DNA of 64,000 nucleotides from Candidatus Heimdallarchaeota archaeon (GCA_019057815.1 JAHLWR010000018.1:1-64000), one strand, 5' to 3'; numbered from the stretch's first letter, positions 30,745 to 41,524 are shown. Notes: generated by a model not told the origin, from the letters alone. A program made the numbers and translations.

Positions 30745-31710
30745 GTGAAAAAGAAGATGACAGTGCTTACTTGTTTCAATTGCAGTTCAGAAGAAATAGT
30801 AACAGATAAGGTTAGGGGAGAGTATACCTGCTCAAACTGTGGTTTAGTAATATCAAGAATTATTGATTCGTCACCTGAATGGCGAGCATTTACAGGAGCT
30901 GAGAGAGCTAGTAGAAGCAGAGTTGGAGCCCCTATTTCTGCGCTTAAAGCAGATTATGGCATATCATCGCAGATATGTGGTGGTAGTAGAGATATATTTG
31001 GTAACAAACTCAATCCTACTGTTGTCGCAAAAATGCGTAGGTTACGCTGGCTAAATAGACGTGATTCAAGATCACATATCCGCAATTTACGCATAGCTTT
31101 ACGAGAACTTCGTAGGATAGCAAGTCAATTAGAACTATGTGAAGAGATTGCAGAAGCAGCTGCTACAACCTATAGAAAAGCGTTAAAAGCAGATTTAATC
31201 AGGGGAAGAAGTATTGAATCAATGGTTGCGGCTGCACTCTATATTGCTGCTCGTCAGTATAGTAATCCTATTATGCTCAAAGATATTGAAAAACAAATTA
31301 ACGCAGACAGAAAAGTCATTGCTCGATGTTTCAGATTATATGTTCAAGAACTAAACATAAAACCAACACCAGTTAATCCAGCAATACTAGTAGCAAAACT
31401 ATGTGATGAGCTTGAATTGACAACTCAAACACAAAATGAAGCTGTTAAAATACTAGAAGAGAGCAAATCAAAAAGATTAGATGTTGGCAAGAATCCTATG
31501 AGTATTGCAGCTGCGGCAATATATATAGCTGGAATAAGAACAGGAGAACGAAGAACCCAACAACAAGTTGCAAAAGCGGCAAAAACAACTCCAGTAACTC
31601 TAAGAAATCGTTTCAGAGAAATTGTTGATTCCCTTGAACTTGCTAATGTTGTAGTGAAAAGAGGTGCAGCATCAGCACCAGTATATGTTCGTGACCCCTG
31701 GAAATTTTAA
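30745..31710 (+). CDS. tfb: Transcription initiation factor IIB
   Basis: Zn ribbon CFNC...CSNCG, PEWRAF B-reader, two cyclin repeats (RGRSIESMVAAALY; GKNPMSIAAAAIY). Confidence 0.96.
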   Translation: MKKKMTVLTCFNCSSEEIVTDKVRGEYTCSNCGLVISRIIDSSPEWRAFTGAERASRSRVGAPISALKADYGISSQICGGSRDIFGNKLNPTVVAKMRRLRWLNRRDSRSHIRNLRIALRELRRIASQLELCEEIAEAAATTYRKALKADLIRGRSIESMVAAALYIAARQYSNPIMLKDIEKQINADRKVIARCFRLYVQELNIKPTPVNPAILVAKLCDELELTTQTQNEAVKILEESKSKRLDVGKNPMSIAAAAIYIAGIRTGERRTQQQVAKAAKTTPVTLRNRFREIVDSLELANVVVKRGAASAPVYVRDPWKF

Positions 31711-31848
31711 GTGTTTTCTTACTTCAGGGAATTCTTGACTTTTAGAAGAAATTAAGAGAATTTATTGTTATTTTTGTATTACGACGATGTTATTACTGTA
31801 TTAATCTGATTTTAAGTATCTGTGTACTTCTCCTAAATAGGTGTTAGT

Positions 31849-32205
31849 TTGGATATTAGAAGAATCAAGAAAAAAGTGAAGAGGAAAGATGTTTCTTTTA
31901 CTCCTGAAGATTCTACACACATTCCTGGTGTAAAATTTTACTCTCTTCAAGATTTTGTTAAAGCAGAAAGGATATTTGATGAGGTTTCTCGTGGGAATTT
32001 AGTCTTTCTAAATATTGAAAGAATTTCTAATGTTCCAGAGCGGAAGATCGAATTTCTTAACTCCTTGAAACAATATTCATCTAAAATTAATGCTACCATT
32101 AAAATGGTCTCTTTAGAGACTCTTATGGTTGCTCCTGAAACTGTTCCTATCGAAATTCGTACTCTTTCATCCCAAATAGACGTTGATCAAGAAGAAGAGG
32201 TTTAG
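31849..32205 (+). CDS. sepF: Cell division protein SepF (archaeal type)
   Basis: VKFYSLQDF...IFDEVSRGNLVFLNI...LMVAPETV. Confidence 0.72.
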   Translation: MDIRRIKKKVKRKDVSFTPEDSTHIPGVKFYSLQDFVKAERIFDEVSRGNLVFLNIERISNVPERKIEFLNSLKQYSSKINATIKMVSLETLMVAPETVPIEIRTLSSQIDVDQEEEV

Positions 32206-32222
32206 GGTTGAAATAACTTCTA

Positions 32223-34985
32223 TCATAAAGTTTCTTCAATTATTCTTTTCGCTTCCTTAAGAATATCTTTTGCTTTCTCTACTTTAGGTCCCCCACCGAT
32301 AGCAATGTCTCCGTTTCCTCCACTTGAGCCACCAACTATTGCAGAGAGTTTTTTCACTATATCTGATAAACTAATTTTCAATCCTTTACTTTTTGCACCG
32401 ACAATTATCACTTTTTTCTTGTCATGAGTTACTAAAATACTTAATCCTTTTGGAATAGTTTTAACTGCTTCTGTTGCTTGAAAGATAAGTTCTTTTTGTC
32501 CACCGGAGGTGTTTCTTAGAATTACATCTACATCTTTAATTTTCTCAACGTCTACTTTATTTGTTGAAAACTGCAATTCTGCTATGTGTTTATTAAGTGA
32601 TTCAATAGTTTTCTTTTGTTGTTTCCACTCTTCAAAGAATCTTTTAACTGTTTGAGGAAGCTTTTTTGGCTCAACACTTAATATAAATGAGCTGTTTTTC
32701 AGTAGTTTCTCTTGTTGCTGAACGTATTTTATTGCAGCTTCTCCTGCTAAAATTTCCAGTCGCACAATACCATCTTGGATTCTTTCGCTACTTGTTAATT
32801 TTATCAGTCCAATGTCACTGGTATTATCCAGATGGGTTCCACCACAAGCTTCGATATCCCAATCTTTGATTATTACAAGGCGTAATGATTTCCCGGGAAC
32901 AACTCCACCTTGGTATATTGAAAATCCATAGGTTTGTTCAGCCTCATCCCTGTCTAATTCGTCTTTTATGATACTTCTATTCTCCAGAATTATTTGGTTT
33001 GCTAGATATTCTATTTTAAGGAGATCATCGAAAGAGATAGATTGGTAATGTGTTATATCTAATCTAGCTTTTTCTTCAGTTTTATCTGCGCCTGCTTGCC
33101 AAATATGTGAGCCCAATACAGTTTTAGTAGCATTATTAACTACATGAACTGCGGTATGATGACGCATTATTGCCATACGTCTGTTCGCATTAATTTTCCC
33201 TTGAATTATTGTATTTTCTTTAAGATTGCATTCCTCTTTTAGTTCATGGATGATAGAAGCTCCTTTCTTGAAAACATCAATAACTTCATGCTCTTTTCCA
33301 TTTGCACGAATTAGACCAGTGTCGTGGATTTGTCCTCCACCTGTAGGATAAAATAGTGTTTTATTGAGAATAAGATATTTTCCCTTTACAACATGAACTA
33401 TTTTAGCTTCAAATTCAGAAGCATATACATCTTCATAATACAAGGGTTCAGTTATATAATCAATGTCTCCTTCAAGGTCTTTATCACTAACTTTTTTAGC
33501 TTTTTGGGATGCTTTTTCAGATTCTTGAATCTCTTGTATACGTGTGTAGAAGTCTTCTGGTACATGAATATTAACATCATATTCTCTTGCTATTTCTTTT
33601 ACCATTAATGGGTTTATGCCTCTTGTTTGGTACAATTCTGCAAGTGTATCAAAATTAAATTGTGCTTTCTTGCTTAATAATTGGTTTACCAATCTTCGTC
33701 CTGATTTCTTAGTATCTTCATATCTTTTTGCTTCTAAATCTACTATTTTTAATATCTCATCCAAATGTTCCCCTACTCTAGGATACGATACAGAAAGAAG
33801 TTTTGTTTGAATTTCAAATATTTTAGGTATTGAAAATTCTAACTTAAAAAGTTCTTTTAAAGCTAGAATCCTTCGTAATAACACTCTTAAATTGTATCCT
33901 CCTCCTACATTGGAAGGGATAGCTCCATCAGCAATTGTAAGGGATAAAGTGCGCGCATGATCACCTATAGCGTACATAGCTTCTTGAGGACCTAGTATAG
34001 TAATCATTTCCTCATAACTCATTCCAAGCTTCTTTGCCATATTTACTCTGGCTTCTTTCAGATTTTTGACTTCTTCAACAGCTAGTAATCCAGCAAGTTT
34101 ACTATACTTAATCAGAAGTTCATGATCTGCTTTGTAACCACTTTCTTTTTGCAGATATGTTATAACTTCTGGAAATATTGCTTCATAAATAGTGGGTGTT
34201 CCTTGAGTAAACCATGAAACACGATCCAAACCCCAACCAACATCAATTACTTGCATATCGAGTTTTTTTACGACGCTATTTTCAAATCCATATGAGATGA
34301 AAACATTATTTACTAATTCAGTACCATAAGCCATAGCTTCAAGATTAGGTCCAAAGTTACCTCCTCCTACCCATATGCCCTCAGAATACGAAATATCTTC
34401 TGGTTTGAGTCCTAATTCTTCAGTAAGATATAAGAAATTTAAATCAATGCACTTATCCATCCAATATCCACCTGTTAGACGAGCAGAATTAAATGAGTGC
34501 TGCCCAAACATTACAAAACTTGTTAGGTGTCTTGCTGTTTTTCCAATGTTGTCGATATCTGAAAATTCTCCACCTGTTCTGATACAATATTGTGGTATTA
34601 CTAATGGATTTGCGGGTGGATCAATAACACCGTCCAAAACCCAAGGTTGAAATGCAGCTATAGAGGCTATTGTAAAATCCATATCTGCTCGCCAACGGGA
34701 AACAACAGGATAATCTTTAACTAGTGAATGCCCATGTTTAACGAAGAAATCTGTAAGACTCCTAATAGTTTGATCAAAATTTAGGTTTTTACCCTTCTTA
34801 TCTAGAAATTTATACCCACCAGAACATATTGTATCTCCGCAGGTTTCTTGATCAATATTTAATGTCCAGAAGTGATGATTACATGTAGGACACTGCTTTC
34901 TAATGAAGCCTTTTTCGTTGAATAATTCAACTTCATAATTTTCTCGTTGAAATCGCTTCTTCAGTTCTTCTTTCGTTAGCGACAT
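32223..34985 (-). CDS. alaS: Alanine--tRNA ligase
   Basis: TIASIAAFQPWV, ARHLTSFVM, IDVGWGLDR, DHART, editing HHTAVH and EACGGTH. Confidence 0.97.
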   Translation of the reverse strand: MSLTKEELKKRFQRENYEVELFNEKGFIRKQCPTCNHHFWTLNIDQETCGDTICSGGYKFLDKKGKNLNFDQTIRSLTDFFVKHGHSLVKDYPVVSRWRADMDFTIASIAAFQPWVLDGVIDPPANPLVIPQYCIRTGGEFSDIDNIGKTARHLTSFVMFGQHSFNSARLTGGYWMDKCIDLNFLYLTEELGLKPEDISYSEGIWVGGGNFGPNLEAMAYGTELVNNVFISYGFENSVVKKLDMQVIDVGWGLDRVSWFTQGTPTIYEAIFPEVITYLQKESGYKADHELLIKYSKLAGLLAVEEVKNLKEARVNMAKKLGMSYEEMITILGPQEAMYAIGDHARTLSLTIADGAIPSNVGGGYNLRVLLRRILALKELFKLEFSIPKIFEIQTKLLSVSYPRVGEHLDEILKIVDLEAKRYEDTKKSGRRLVNQLLSKKAQFNFDTLAELYQTRGINPLMVKEIAREYDVNIHVPEDFYTRIQEIQESEKASQKAKKVSDKDLEGDIDYITEPLYYEDVYASEFEAKIVHVVKGKYLILNKTLFYPTGGGQIHDTGLIRANGKEHEVIDVFKKGASIIHELKEECNLKENTIIQGKINANRRMAIMRHHTAVHVVNNATKTVLGSHIWQAGADKTEEKARLDITHYQSISFDDLLKIEYLANQIILENRSIIKDELDRDEAEQTYGFSIYQGGVVPGKSLRLVIIKDWDIEACGGTHLDNTSDIGLIKLTSSERIQDGIVRLEILAGEAAIKYVQQQEKLLKNSSFILSVEPKKLPQTVKRFFEEWKQQKKTIESLNKHIAELQFSTNKVDVEKIKDVDVILRNTSGGQKELIFQATEAVKTIPKGLSILVTHDKKKVIIVGAKSKGLKISLSDIVKKLSAIVGGSSGGNGDIAIGGGPKVEKAKDILKEAKRIIEETL

Positions 34986-35051
34986 TGTATCTCTGAAAGC
35001 AAAAATTGACTAAAATATAAAAAGTTGTTTAACTTGTTATCTTTCATGGTT

Positions 35052-35261
35052 TTACAGAAAACCACCAGTAACCGCTGGTAAGATTAATATTTTATCCTCT
35101 GGTTTTATTATAGTTTCCAAAGAAGGAGCTATTGTTCCGTTAATTACAACAATCAGACCTTTTTCTGGTAAATCATTTTTCTTTAGTAACTCTGCTACTG
35201 TAATTTCTTGTTCTATGAAAACTGTTAGAACAACTCCTTTCTGTGAATAACTTTTTTCCAT
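35052..35261 (-). CDS. MoaD/ThiS/SAMP ubiquitin-like protein with a C-terminal extension (GG-FL)
   Basis: TVAELL...VVINGT...DKILILPAVTGGFL*. Confidence 0.85.
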   Translation of the reverse strand: MEKSYSQKGVVLTVFIEQEITVAELLKKNDLPEKGLIVVINGTIAPSLETIIKPEDKILILPAVTGGFL

Positions 35262-35362
35262 ATAAGTAGATACTATAAAAAACTGATAAATGTTTTGATG
35301 GACTTACTACTTAAACGCTGGTTTTTATTTATTACATCCCCAGAGTTAGTTTTACAGTCTAT

Positions 35363-36349
35363 TTACTTTAATGCATCCCACACATTTGGTGCTGAATCTG
35401 GATAAAATGTCTTAATATCCTTAATTACAACCGCAAGTTGTCCTGTGTTTCCATGAATGGAATACGGCATGCGGCTGACTCTTCGAGTATCCATTGTAAC
35501 TTTACGATCTATTCGAGGATATCTTTTTAGGATAATTTCGTGTGACAATTTATTTCTAACTGTTTGATTGCTAGGTATAATTAAATTATATGTCTGAGCA
35601 TCGAATTCTGAGCTCGTTTTCACTCTCTGAATAATATCTTTTGCCTTTTTCTTAGCTATACCTATTTCAACAAGATTTTCTTCTGAAGAATTAAGCAAAT
35701 AGGATTTCGCAATTATAGTATAAATACGATCCCTCAGTGGTTTTGCCTCGTTAGGAATTTCTTCGATTGTTTGAGTTCTTTTTTGGTCATGAACCATCGT
35801 TAAATAATTTAAAATTGCAACTCGTTGAGCTTGATCAAAATTATTTGCGATTTTATCTTTAATCCAACCATGTACCCCTCTTCTTCCTGAAAATAACCAA
35901 GTTATATCTGTAAATCCAAAATCTTGTCTCATTGTTTCATCTATAAATAGCACTGTATCTTGGACAAGAGACCAACAATCAGTACAATATGCGTAACCTT
36001 GACAACCACAAGTTCTAACAAGATCAAAATCATTTATATCAATATCATAAATGAATTCTCGAAATTTCCACTTTATTTTCTGTATTGGAGAATACCTTGA
36101 AGGCGATTGCTCATATACAGCACCTACATAAGCGTGTTTTACAGACTTTGTAGCCATAAATTCCCTTAATTCTTTAGTGTTTTCAAAAGAAATATTTCTT
36201 ATGAATCTATCCTCTCCAACAACAAAACCGAATTCTCTATTTTTAAAATCAGATAATCCTATAAACGCCATGAATTTATCTAAAGGGAATTTTGTTCTAT
36301 AGAACTCTGAAATTATTTCTGGTGTTAATTCATCATTCATTTTTTTCAC
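35363..36349 (-). CDS. priS: DNA primase small (catalytic) subunit
   Basis: REFGF, EFIYDIDINDF, CGC..CTDCW, FSGRRGVHGW, PRIDRKVT..RMPYSIHG. Confidence 0.95.
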   Translation of the reverse strand: MKKMNDELTPEIISEFYRTKFPLDKFMAFIGLSDFKNREFGFVVGEDRFIRNISFENTKELREFMATKSVKHAYVGAVYEQSPSRYSPIQKIKWKFREFIYDIDINDFDLVRTCGCQGYAYCTDCWSLVQDTVLFIDETMRQDFGFTDITWLFSGRRGVHGWIKDKIANNFDQAQRVAILNYLTMVHDQKRTQTIEEIPNEAKPLRDRIYTIIAKSYLLNSSEENLVEIGIAKKKAKDIIQRVKTSSEFDAQTYNLIIPSNQTVRNKLSHEIILKRYPRIDRKVTMDTRRVSRMPYSIHGNTGQLAVVIKDIKTFYPDSAPNVWDALK

Positions 36350-37670
36350 CAGATTGTTTTTCTTTATCTTTTGTTACATGAAATCGTTTATACGCCAGAG
36401 TGCTGTACTGAACCATATGATTAATTCTTCCACTTTTTATGGTCCAACCAGTATGAAGCTGAAAATATCTTGCACATGCAGATTGAAAACGATTATTCAC
36501 TATTATCTTAGAAATATCATCAATGGAAGAATCTATCATTTCTTCCTTTTTGTCTTTGAATCTAATTTTAATATCTTCAGAAATATCTTCTAGTTTTTTA
36601 TGAGCAAAATAGCAATAATAACCATCTATACAAGTTTTACATTTAGGAGATCTGTAGTCTATCCCTCCTCCTGTTTGACCGTATATATGCCTTATTTGGT
36701 ATCCAATGCGATTAACAAATTCATCAAAAGTTAGACCAACATTATCTACTGATGTTTGATACCAAAATTTCAGCTGTTCATCTATTGGCATACCAACTTC
36801 TTTAAGAAATGTCCCTAATTGCCAATTTTCTATATGGGCTAAGTGCCCCTTATCACGAAGAATTGTTACAAGGTCGAGAATGCAAGGAGGATAACAGTCA
36901 ACTTGAGTATAAACTTCTTTACTTCCAGTAAAACCGAAATCAGATAAGGAACCACCCATGCGTTTGGATTTCGCTAATTCTGTAATTTTTTGAGTTACAG
37001 GTTTAATTGTATCTGCTAAATTAGAATCTTCATCCACAAAAACAGCTGATTTTTTAATTACATCAGAAATCTGTTTTTCAAATTCTCTTTTGACAGTTAA
37101 CCTTATTTCAGATATCCTAACAACTGCCCACCCTTTGTAAAGAAGAGCCTTCTTAGCAGATATAACAGAGGGTATTTTATTGAATCGTATGGCTACTCTT
37201 TTGTACAAATCTCTTTTTGCTGTGCCAGAGTATCTTCTTGCTCTTCTACTAGGTACATCTGCAAGATTAAACTGTCTATAGAGATTTATTTGATAGAAAT
37301 CGTTAAGCTCTTGTATTGTCTTTACATTTTCTTCTCCATAGAGGTCTTTCAGAACATTTATTTTCTCATCGAAATTTACACTTGACATAAAACGAAATTC
37401 GAATAAATCACCCTCTACTTCTACAAGCCATCCTGAAATACGTTGATTTGTCGAAGCTGAAAGACGAAGTAGAAAGTGACCCCCAATCTCTTGTACTTTA
37501 ACTATCTCCCACTCCTCATCAGAAAAACTAGTGGGACGGTTGATTATCCAAGGATCACCCTTTATAAAACGATCAATTCTAGTATCTGCATACTCTATCC
37601 AATTTTTAACATCTACAGTAATCTCACCGGGTTCTTTGAGAACATACCAGTCAGGGAGCTCGATAGACAT
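36333..37670 (-). CDS. priL: DNA primase large subunit (eukaryote-like PriL/Pri2)
   Basis: GHFLLRL...WLVEVEGDLFEFRF; Fe-S domain YPPCI, HLAH, YQIRHIYG, PKCKTC. Confidence 0.92.
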   Translation of the reverse strand: MSIELPDWYVLKEPGEITVDVKNWIEYADTRIDRFIKGDPWIINRPTSFSDEEWEIVKVQEIGGHFLLRLSASTNQRISGWLVEVEGDLFEFRFMSSVNFDEKINVLKDLYGEENVKTIQELNDFYQINLYRQFNLADVPSRRARRYSGTAKRDLYKRVAIRFNKIPSVISAKKALLYKGWAVVRISEIRLTVKREFEKQISDVIKKSAVFVDEDSNLADTIKPVTQKITELAKSKRMGGSLSDFGFTGSKEVYTQVDCYPPCILDLVTILRDKGHLAHIENWQLGTFLKEVGMPIDEQLKFWYQTSVDNVGLTFDEFVNRIGYQIRHIYGQTGGGIDYRSPKCKTCIDGYYCYFAHKKLEDISEDIKIRFKDKKEEMIDSSIDDISKIIVNNRFQSACARYFQLHTGWTIKSGRINHMVQYSTLAYKRFHVTKDKEKQSGEKNE

Positions 37671-37709
37671 ATTATCGTTCCTTATTTCTAATCATATCAA
37701 CACTCAAGA

Positions 37710-38852
37710 CTACTTATTAAAAAATTTCTCTAAAGTTCTTTGTTCACAAGTAATTTTTCTAATATTGGAGATTTTTACTCCTATTAGACGTATATCTGAA
37801 GGTTTTACGTCTTTATACTCGAGAAGTAATTTTTTGATTGCATAACTTACACTTCTTTCATCATTACAGTAACATGGAATTGTATGACTTCGAGTATCTG
37901 TTTTGAAACTTCTGAACCTAATTTTTAATGTAATAGTACGATATTGCATATTCTTTTTTTGAGCTGAAGAAACAATGGTTTTAATAGAATCATTTAGATA
38001 ATACCAAACATCTTTCCACTTTGTTAGTGGGTTGAAAAATGTTCTTTCATCACTAATTGATTTACAATCTCTTCGAGAGAATTTATCATCACTCATTTCT
38101 TCTGTATTATAACCATTAACTAATTTCCAAAGCCTTAACCCACTTTTTCCCCAATTATGAACAACTTTAGACAAAGATAAACTCCTCATATCTCCACAAG
38201 TGTAAACGCCTTCTTTATTAAAAAAAAACTCTGATTTTTTCCCTACCCCAGGGATAATAGATATCTTAAGAGGGGCTAAAAAATCAACAATTTCAAAAGG
38301 TTTCACAATCTTCAATCCATCCGGTTTATCCACACCAGAAGCTATTTTAGCTAATATTTTGTTAGGGGCTAGACCTATTGAGCAGGTTATTTTTTCTGAA
38401 GCATAAATATCATCTTTAAGTTCGTAAGCTAATTTTTCAGCTTCTTCATAGTCAGATACTATATCAAAAAGATCTAAATATGTTTCATCCACACCGGAAA
38501 CCTTTATTTTTGGAGAATAATAACCAATTATCTTCATAATATTTTTTGAAACCTTACTATAAAGTCCATGTGTGGATTTAACAATTCTAACTTCTGGACA
38601 AAGCTTTACAGCTTGTGATATGGGCATACCTGAATGGATTCCAAATTTTCTAGCTTCATAAGAACAAGTTGAAACTACACCTCTCTTTGTTATTGGATCT
38701 CCACCTATTATTATCGGTAATCCCTTTAACTTAGGTTGTTCTCTTATTTCGACTGAAGCAAAAAACGCATCTAAATCCATATAAAGAATTATAGAATTAA
38801 AATTGAGCTCTTTCTCAGTAACAATAGGAATAGGATTATTCTCCAATATCAT
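37710..38852 (-). CDS. dinB: Y-family DNA polymerase IV
   Basis: MDLDAFFASVE, STCSYEARKFGI, GVDETYLD, KPDG, IPGVG. Confidence 0.95.
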   Translation of the reverse strand: MILENNPIPIVTEKELNFNSIILYMDLDAFFASVEIREQPKLKGLPIIIGGDPITKRGVVSTCSYEARKFGIHSGMPISQAVKLCPEVRIVKSTHGLYSKVSKNIMKIIGYYSPKIKVSGVDETYLDLFDIVSDYEEAEKLAYELKDDIYASEKITCSIGLAPNKILAKIASGVDKPDGLKIVKPFEIVDFLAPLKISIIPGVGKKSEFFFNKEGVYTCGDMRSLSLSKVVHNWGKSGLRLWKLVNGYNTEEMSDDKFSRRDCKSISDERTFFNPLTKWKDVWYYLNDSIKTIVSSAQKKNMQYRTITLKIRFRSFKTDTRSHTIPCYCNDERSVSYAIKKLLLEYKDVKPSDIRLIGVKISNIRKITCEQRTLEKFFNK

Positions 38853-38918
38853 AGCTATAAATTAAGATTGATTTTAATATTTAAAGGTAAAAAATTAGAA
38901 GGAATTATTGAAGGAAGT

Positions 38919-40937
38919 TTATTTCCTTCTTTTCCTAACTATTATACTTGCTAAGCCAGATACTACAATAGCTGATATTATAATTATGGGGCTACTAAAT
39001 TCTATAAAATCATCTGTTGATTCAGTGAATAAAACTCCAGGAGAGGGGGTCAATAATCTGAAATCATTATTACAGTTGTCAGTATCGGTTTGAGCTGGAT
39101 CCCTTTGAAGAGAGCTAGATGGACCAGATGTTCCAGACCATGCCACTACACCTGATACACTTCCTGAACCCCAAACTACAGCGTCTCTAATTATCTCATC
39201 TGGATCATAAAGGATTAACTCATCACCAGCGTTAGCAAGTATGATTTTTGTGTAGATAAAGTCTGGAAGATCATAATCTACATCCAAATCAACCATTTCA
39301 CTTGTAAATACAGCTTCATCTCTTACAAAAAGGAGAACTTCGTCTGCCTTAATTATTGCATCAGTAGGTAAAATATAATCATCTTCTTTATCTGTAAATT
39401 GCCAGCTATCGATAGAAAGGGTAAAATCGAAATAATTATACAATTCGAAGTACTCTCCACTTGGTTCAGAAACAGCATCAAATCTAACTTCAGTTATCAA
39501 TAATTTCCAATCATCAGTATTGATGACGTTTACAGATTGGTATGTTATTATATCACTACCATCAACATCTCCTGTTACTTTTATTGTATGAATTCCATCA
39601 GAAATAGATGTAGTAGTAAAATCATATGTTACTGAACCTGTTGGGTTGCTCCATGAAGTTACTAATGATTCGTCAAAGTATAATTCACCTGATGCAAAGT
39701 CTAGCGTATTAAAGGAGATTTGAAAAGTATGGGTGCCTGAAATTATAGCTCCACTTTTAGGAGATATTATTGCTATTGGAGATAGATAACCTGAAGGTAC
39801 TTCGCTTTGATCCCAATCAAAATCAAAAATTTCTTTGAAGTAGTTTGCTACATTTGGGTTTTTAACGATAGCTCCTGCCTCTCTGTTATTCACAAAAGAA
39901 TTGTTGGACCAGTTTATACTTGAAATCTGTACTGTTTCACCATCAATTGAAATGTATTTGTTGTGATTATGCCCCAATCCCTTGAAAAACCTAACAGAAG
40001 CTCCAGCGTTGATTAATACTTCAGTGACATTTTCATTGGACACTCCAGGTTTAGGGATTAAAACTCTTACAGAAACACCTCTTAAAGCAGCATCAATTAA
40101 GTCGTTTAAAGCGTCACAGTCAAATTTAATATATTGTAGTTCAACATCTATTGTACTCTGAGCAGATTGAATAAGCTCCGAAACAAGTTCATAACTATTA
40201 TCTGGAGAGAATATCGGAGTAACTTCAGCATATTCTGTAATAGTAGTTTGTGTAAATGGATGGGTATATGTTCCACTATCTTCGGCTTGAAGATACCCTA
40301 TATGTGGTAATCCAGTATAAGGGGTAGATATCAACATATCATCAATAAAAACATTTTCATAATATGTAGCAATTAAGGTATCATTAAAAGCTAATCCCAT
40401 CTCTCTATTTGTTCTTGCCTCTGGTGATACTGGAATACTAGACGGTGCCCAATTACCTGAATAGACAAAAGCAGTCTGGCTATCAACAATCCAGAATTTT
40501 GCATGAGTAAATCTGAAAGTTGAACTTGTCCATAAAACATCTATACCTGCCATACTTAATCTATAAGCAGATTCTTCAGTATAATCATCTTCATATCCGC
40601 TAACTCTATCATGAGATAACAGAACAATCACATCGACACCTCTACCTTTAGCAGCTATTAATGCATCAACTAATGCTTCACTGGATAAAGTATATACTTC
40701 AAGATAGAATGAGGTTTTAGCATTTAATACTGAGTTATACACAACATCATAAGCTGAATCAGGACCGCTAAACATAGTTATTTTTGTGACACCGGTAAAA
40801 GTATCTGTTGTGATCTCATCGACTACTTGTTCATCAGGATGTACACTTGTATAGGCCGTAGAACTAGCAATATTGTTAGCTAAAAGTGGTATAATCAATA
40901 AAAAAGTAAGAATAAATATTTTACTGTTATATTTCAT
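38919..40937 (-). CDS. Secreted phospholipase D-family protein with Ig-like and lamin-tail domains and a C-terminal TM anchor
   Basis: Two HKD motifs (HAKFWIVD, HNKYISID); LTD motifs LLITEV, EYFELYN, LANAGDELIL; terminal TM plus RKRRK. Confidence 0.88.
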   Translation of the reverse strand: MKYNSKIFILTFLLIIPLLANNIASSTAYTSVHPDEQVVDEITTDTFTGVTKITMFSGPDSAYDVVYNSVLNAKTSFYLEVYTLSSEALVDALIAAKGRGVDVIVLLSHDRVSGYEDDYTEESAYRLSMAGIDVLWTSSTFRFTHAKFWIVDSQTAFVYSGNWAPSSIPVSPEARTNREMGLAFNDTLIATYYENVFIDDMLISTPYTGLPHIGYLQAEDSGTYTHPFTQTTITEYAEVTPIFSPDNSYELVSELIQSAQSTIDVELQYIKFDCDALNDLIDAALRGVSVRVLIPKPGVSNENVTEVLINAGASVRFFKGLGHNHNKYISIDGETVQISSINWSNNSFVNNREAGAIVKNPNVANYFKEIFDFDWDQSEVPSGYLSPIAIISPKSGAIISGTHTFQISFNTLDFASGELYFDESLVTSWSNPTGSVTYDFTTTSISDGIHTIKVTGDVDGSDIITYQSVNVINTDDWKLLITEVRFDAVSEPSGEYFELYNYFDFTLSIDSWQFTDKEDDYILPTDAIIKADEVLLFVRDEAVFTSEMVDLDVDYDLPDFIYTKIILANAGDELILYDPDEIIRDAVVWGSGSVSGVVAWSGTSGPSSSLQRDPAQTDTDNCNNDFRLLTPSPGVLFTESTDDFIEFSSPIIIISAIVVSGLASIIVRKRRK

Positions 40938-41021
40938 ATACTATAATAGGAGAATTAATATTAAATATCTGCCGGATGAACAGATTTCAGAAGAAGGTGA
41001 CTAGAAGAGTTACAATATCTA

Positions 41022-41480
41022 TTACTGTTTTTTTTCAAGAAGTTTATATACTTGTTCCACTGCATAGTGGGGGGATTGTCTCATCACAGATAGTCTTAAC
41101 AGTTTTTTGTATTGATCATAATCTTGTTCACTCAGTTGCATAAATTCTAAGATTTCGCTTTTAGATAAATTATCTATATTTGGTAGAATCAAAAGTTCCT
41201 GAGCAAATTCTAATGTAGATAGTTTTTCAGAAGATGTTCGTGTGGGGTTGCCAAACATTGTTGTTAGGTAATTAATGTCTTCTTCCGATGCACCCCAAAC
41301 ATGAATAATATGATTGCTAGTTTCAACAGCAGAAGCGATTTGTAGTTTAGGTTTTGCTAAAATAAAATAACCATCTTTCATATCTTCTTTCTTAACATCA
41401 GTCTTGTAATTCTCAGCTATTTTTTCCAAAATCTTAACAATATTTTCATCTAATGGAAGGATAAAAGTTGCTTTCATCAC
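41022..41480 (-). CDS. Hypothetical protein
   Basis: 152-aa ORF co-oriented with its neighbours; no motif recognised. Confidence 0.7.
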   Translation of the reverse strand: MMKATFILPLDENIVKILEKIAENYKTDVKKEDMKDGYFILAKPKLQIASAVETSNHIIHVWGASEEDINYLTTMFGNPTRTSSEKLSTLEFAQELLILPNIDNLSKSEILEFMQLSEQDYDQYKKLLRLSVMRQSPHYAVEQVYKLLEKKQ

Positions 41481-41524
41481 CTTATTTTTTATTAAGAGAA
41501 TAAAATTGTTTCTAAATATAAAAT

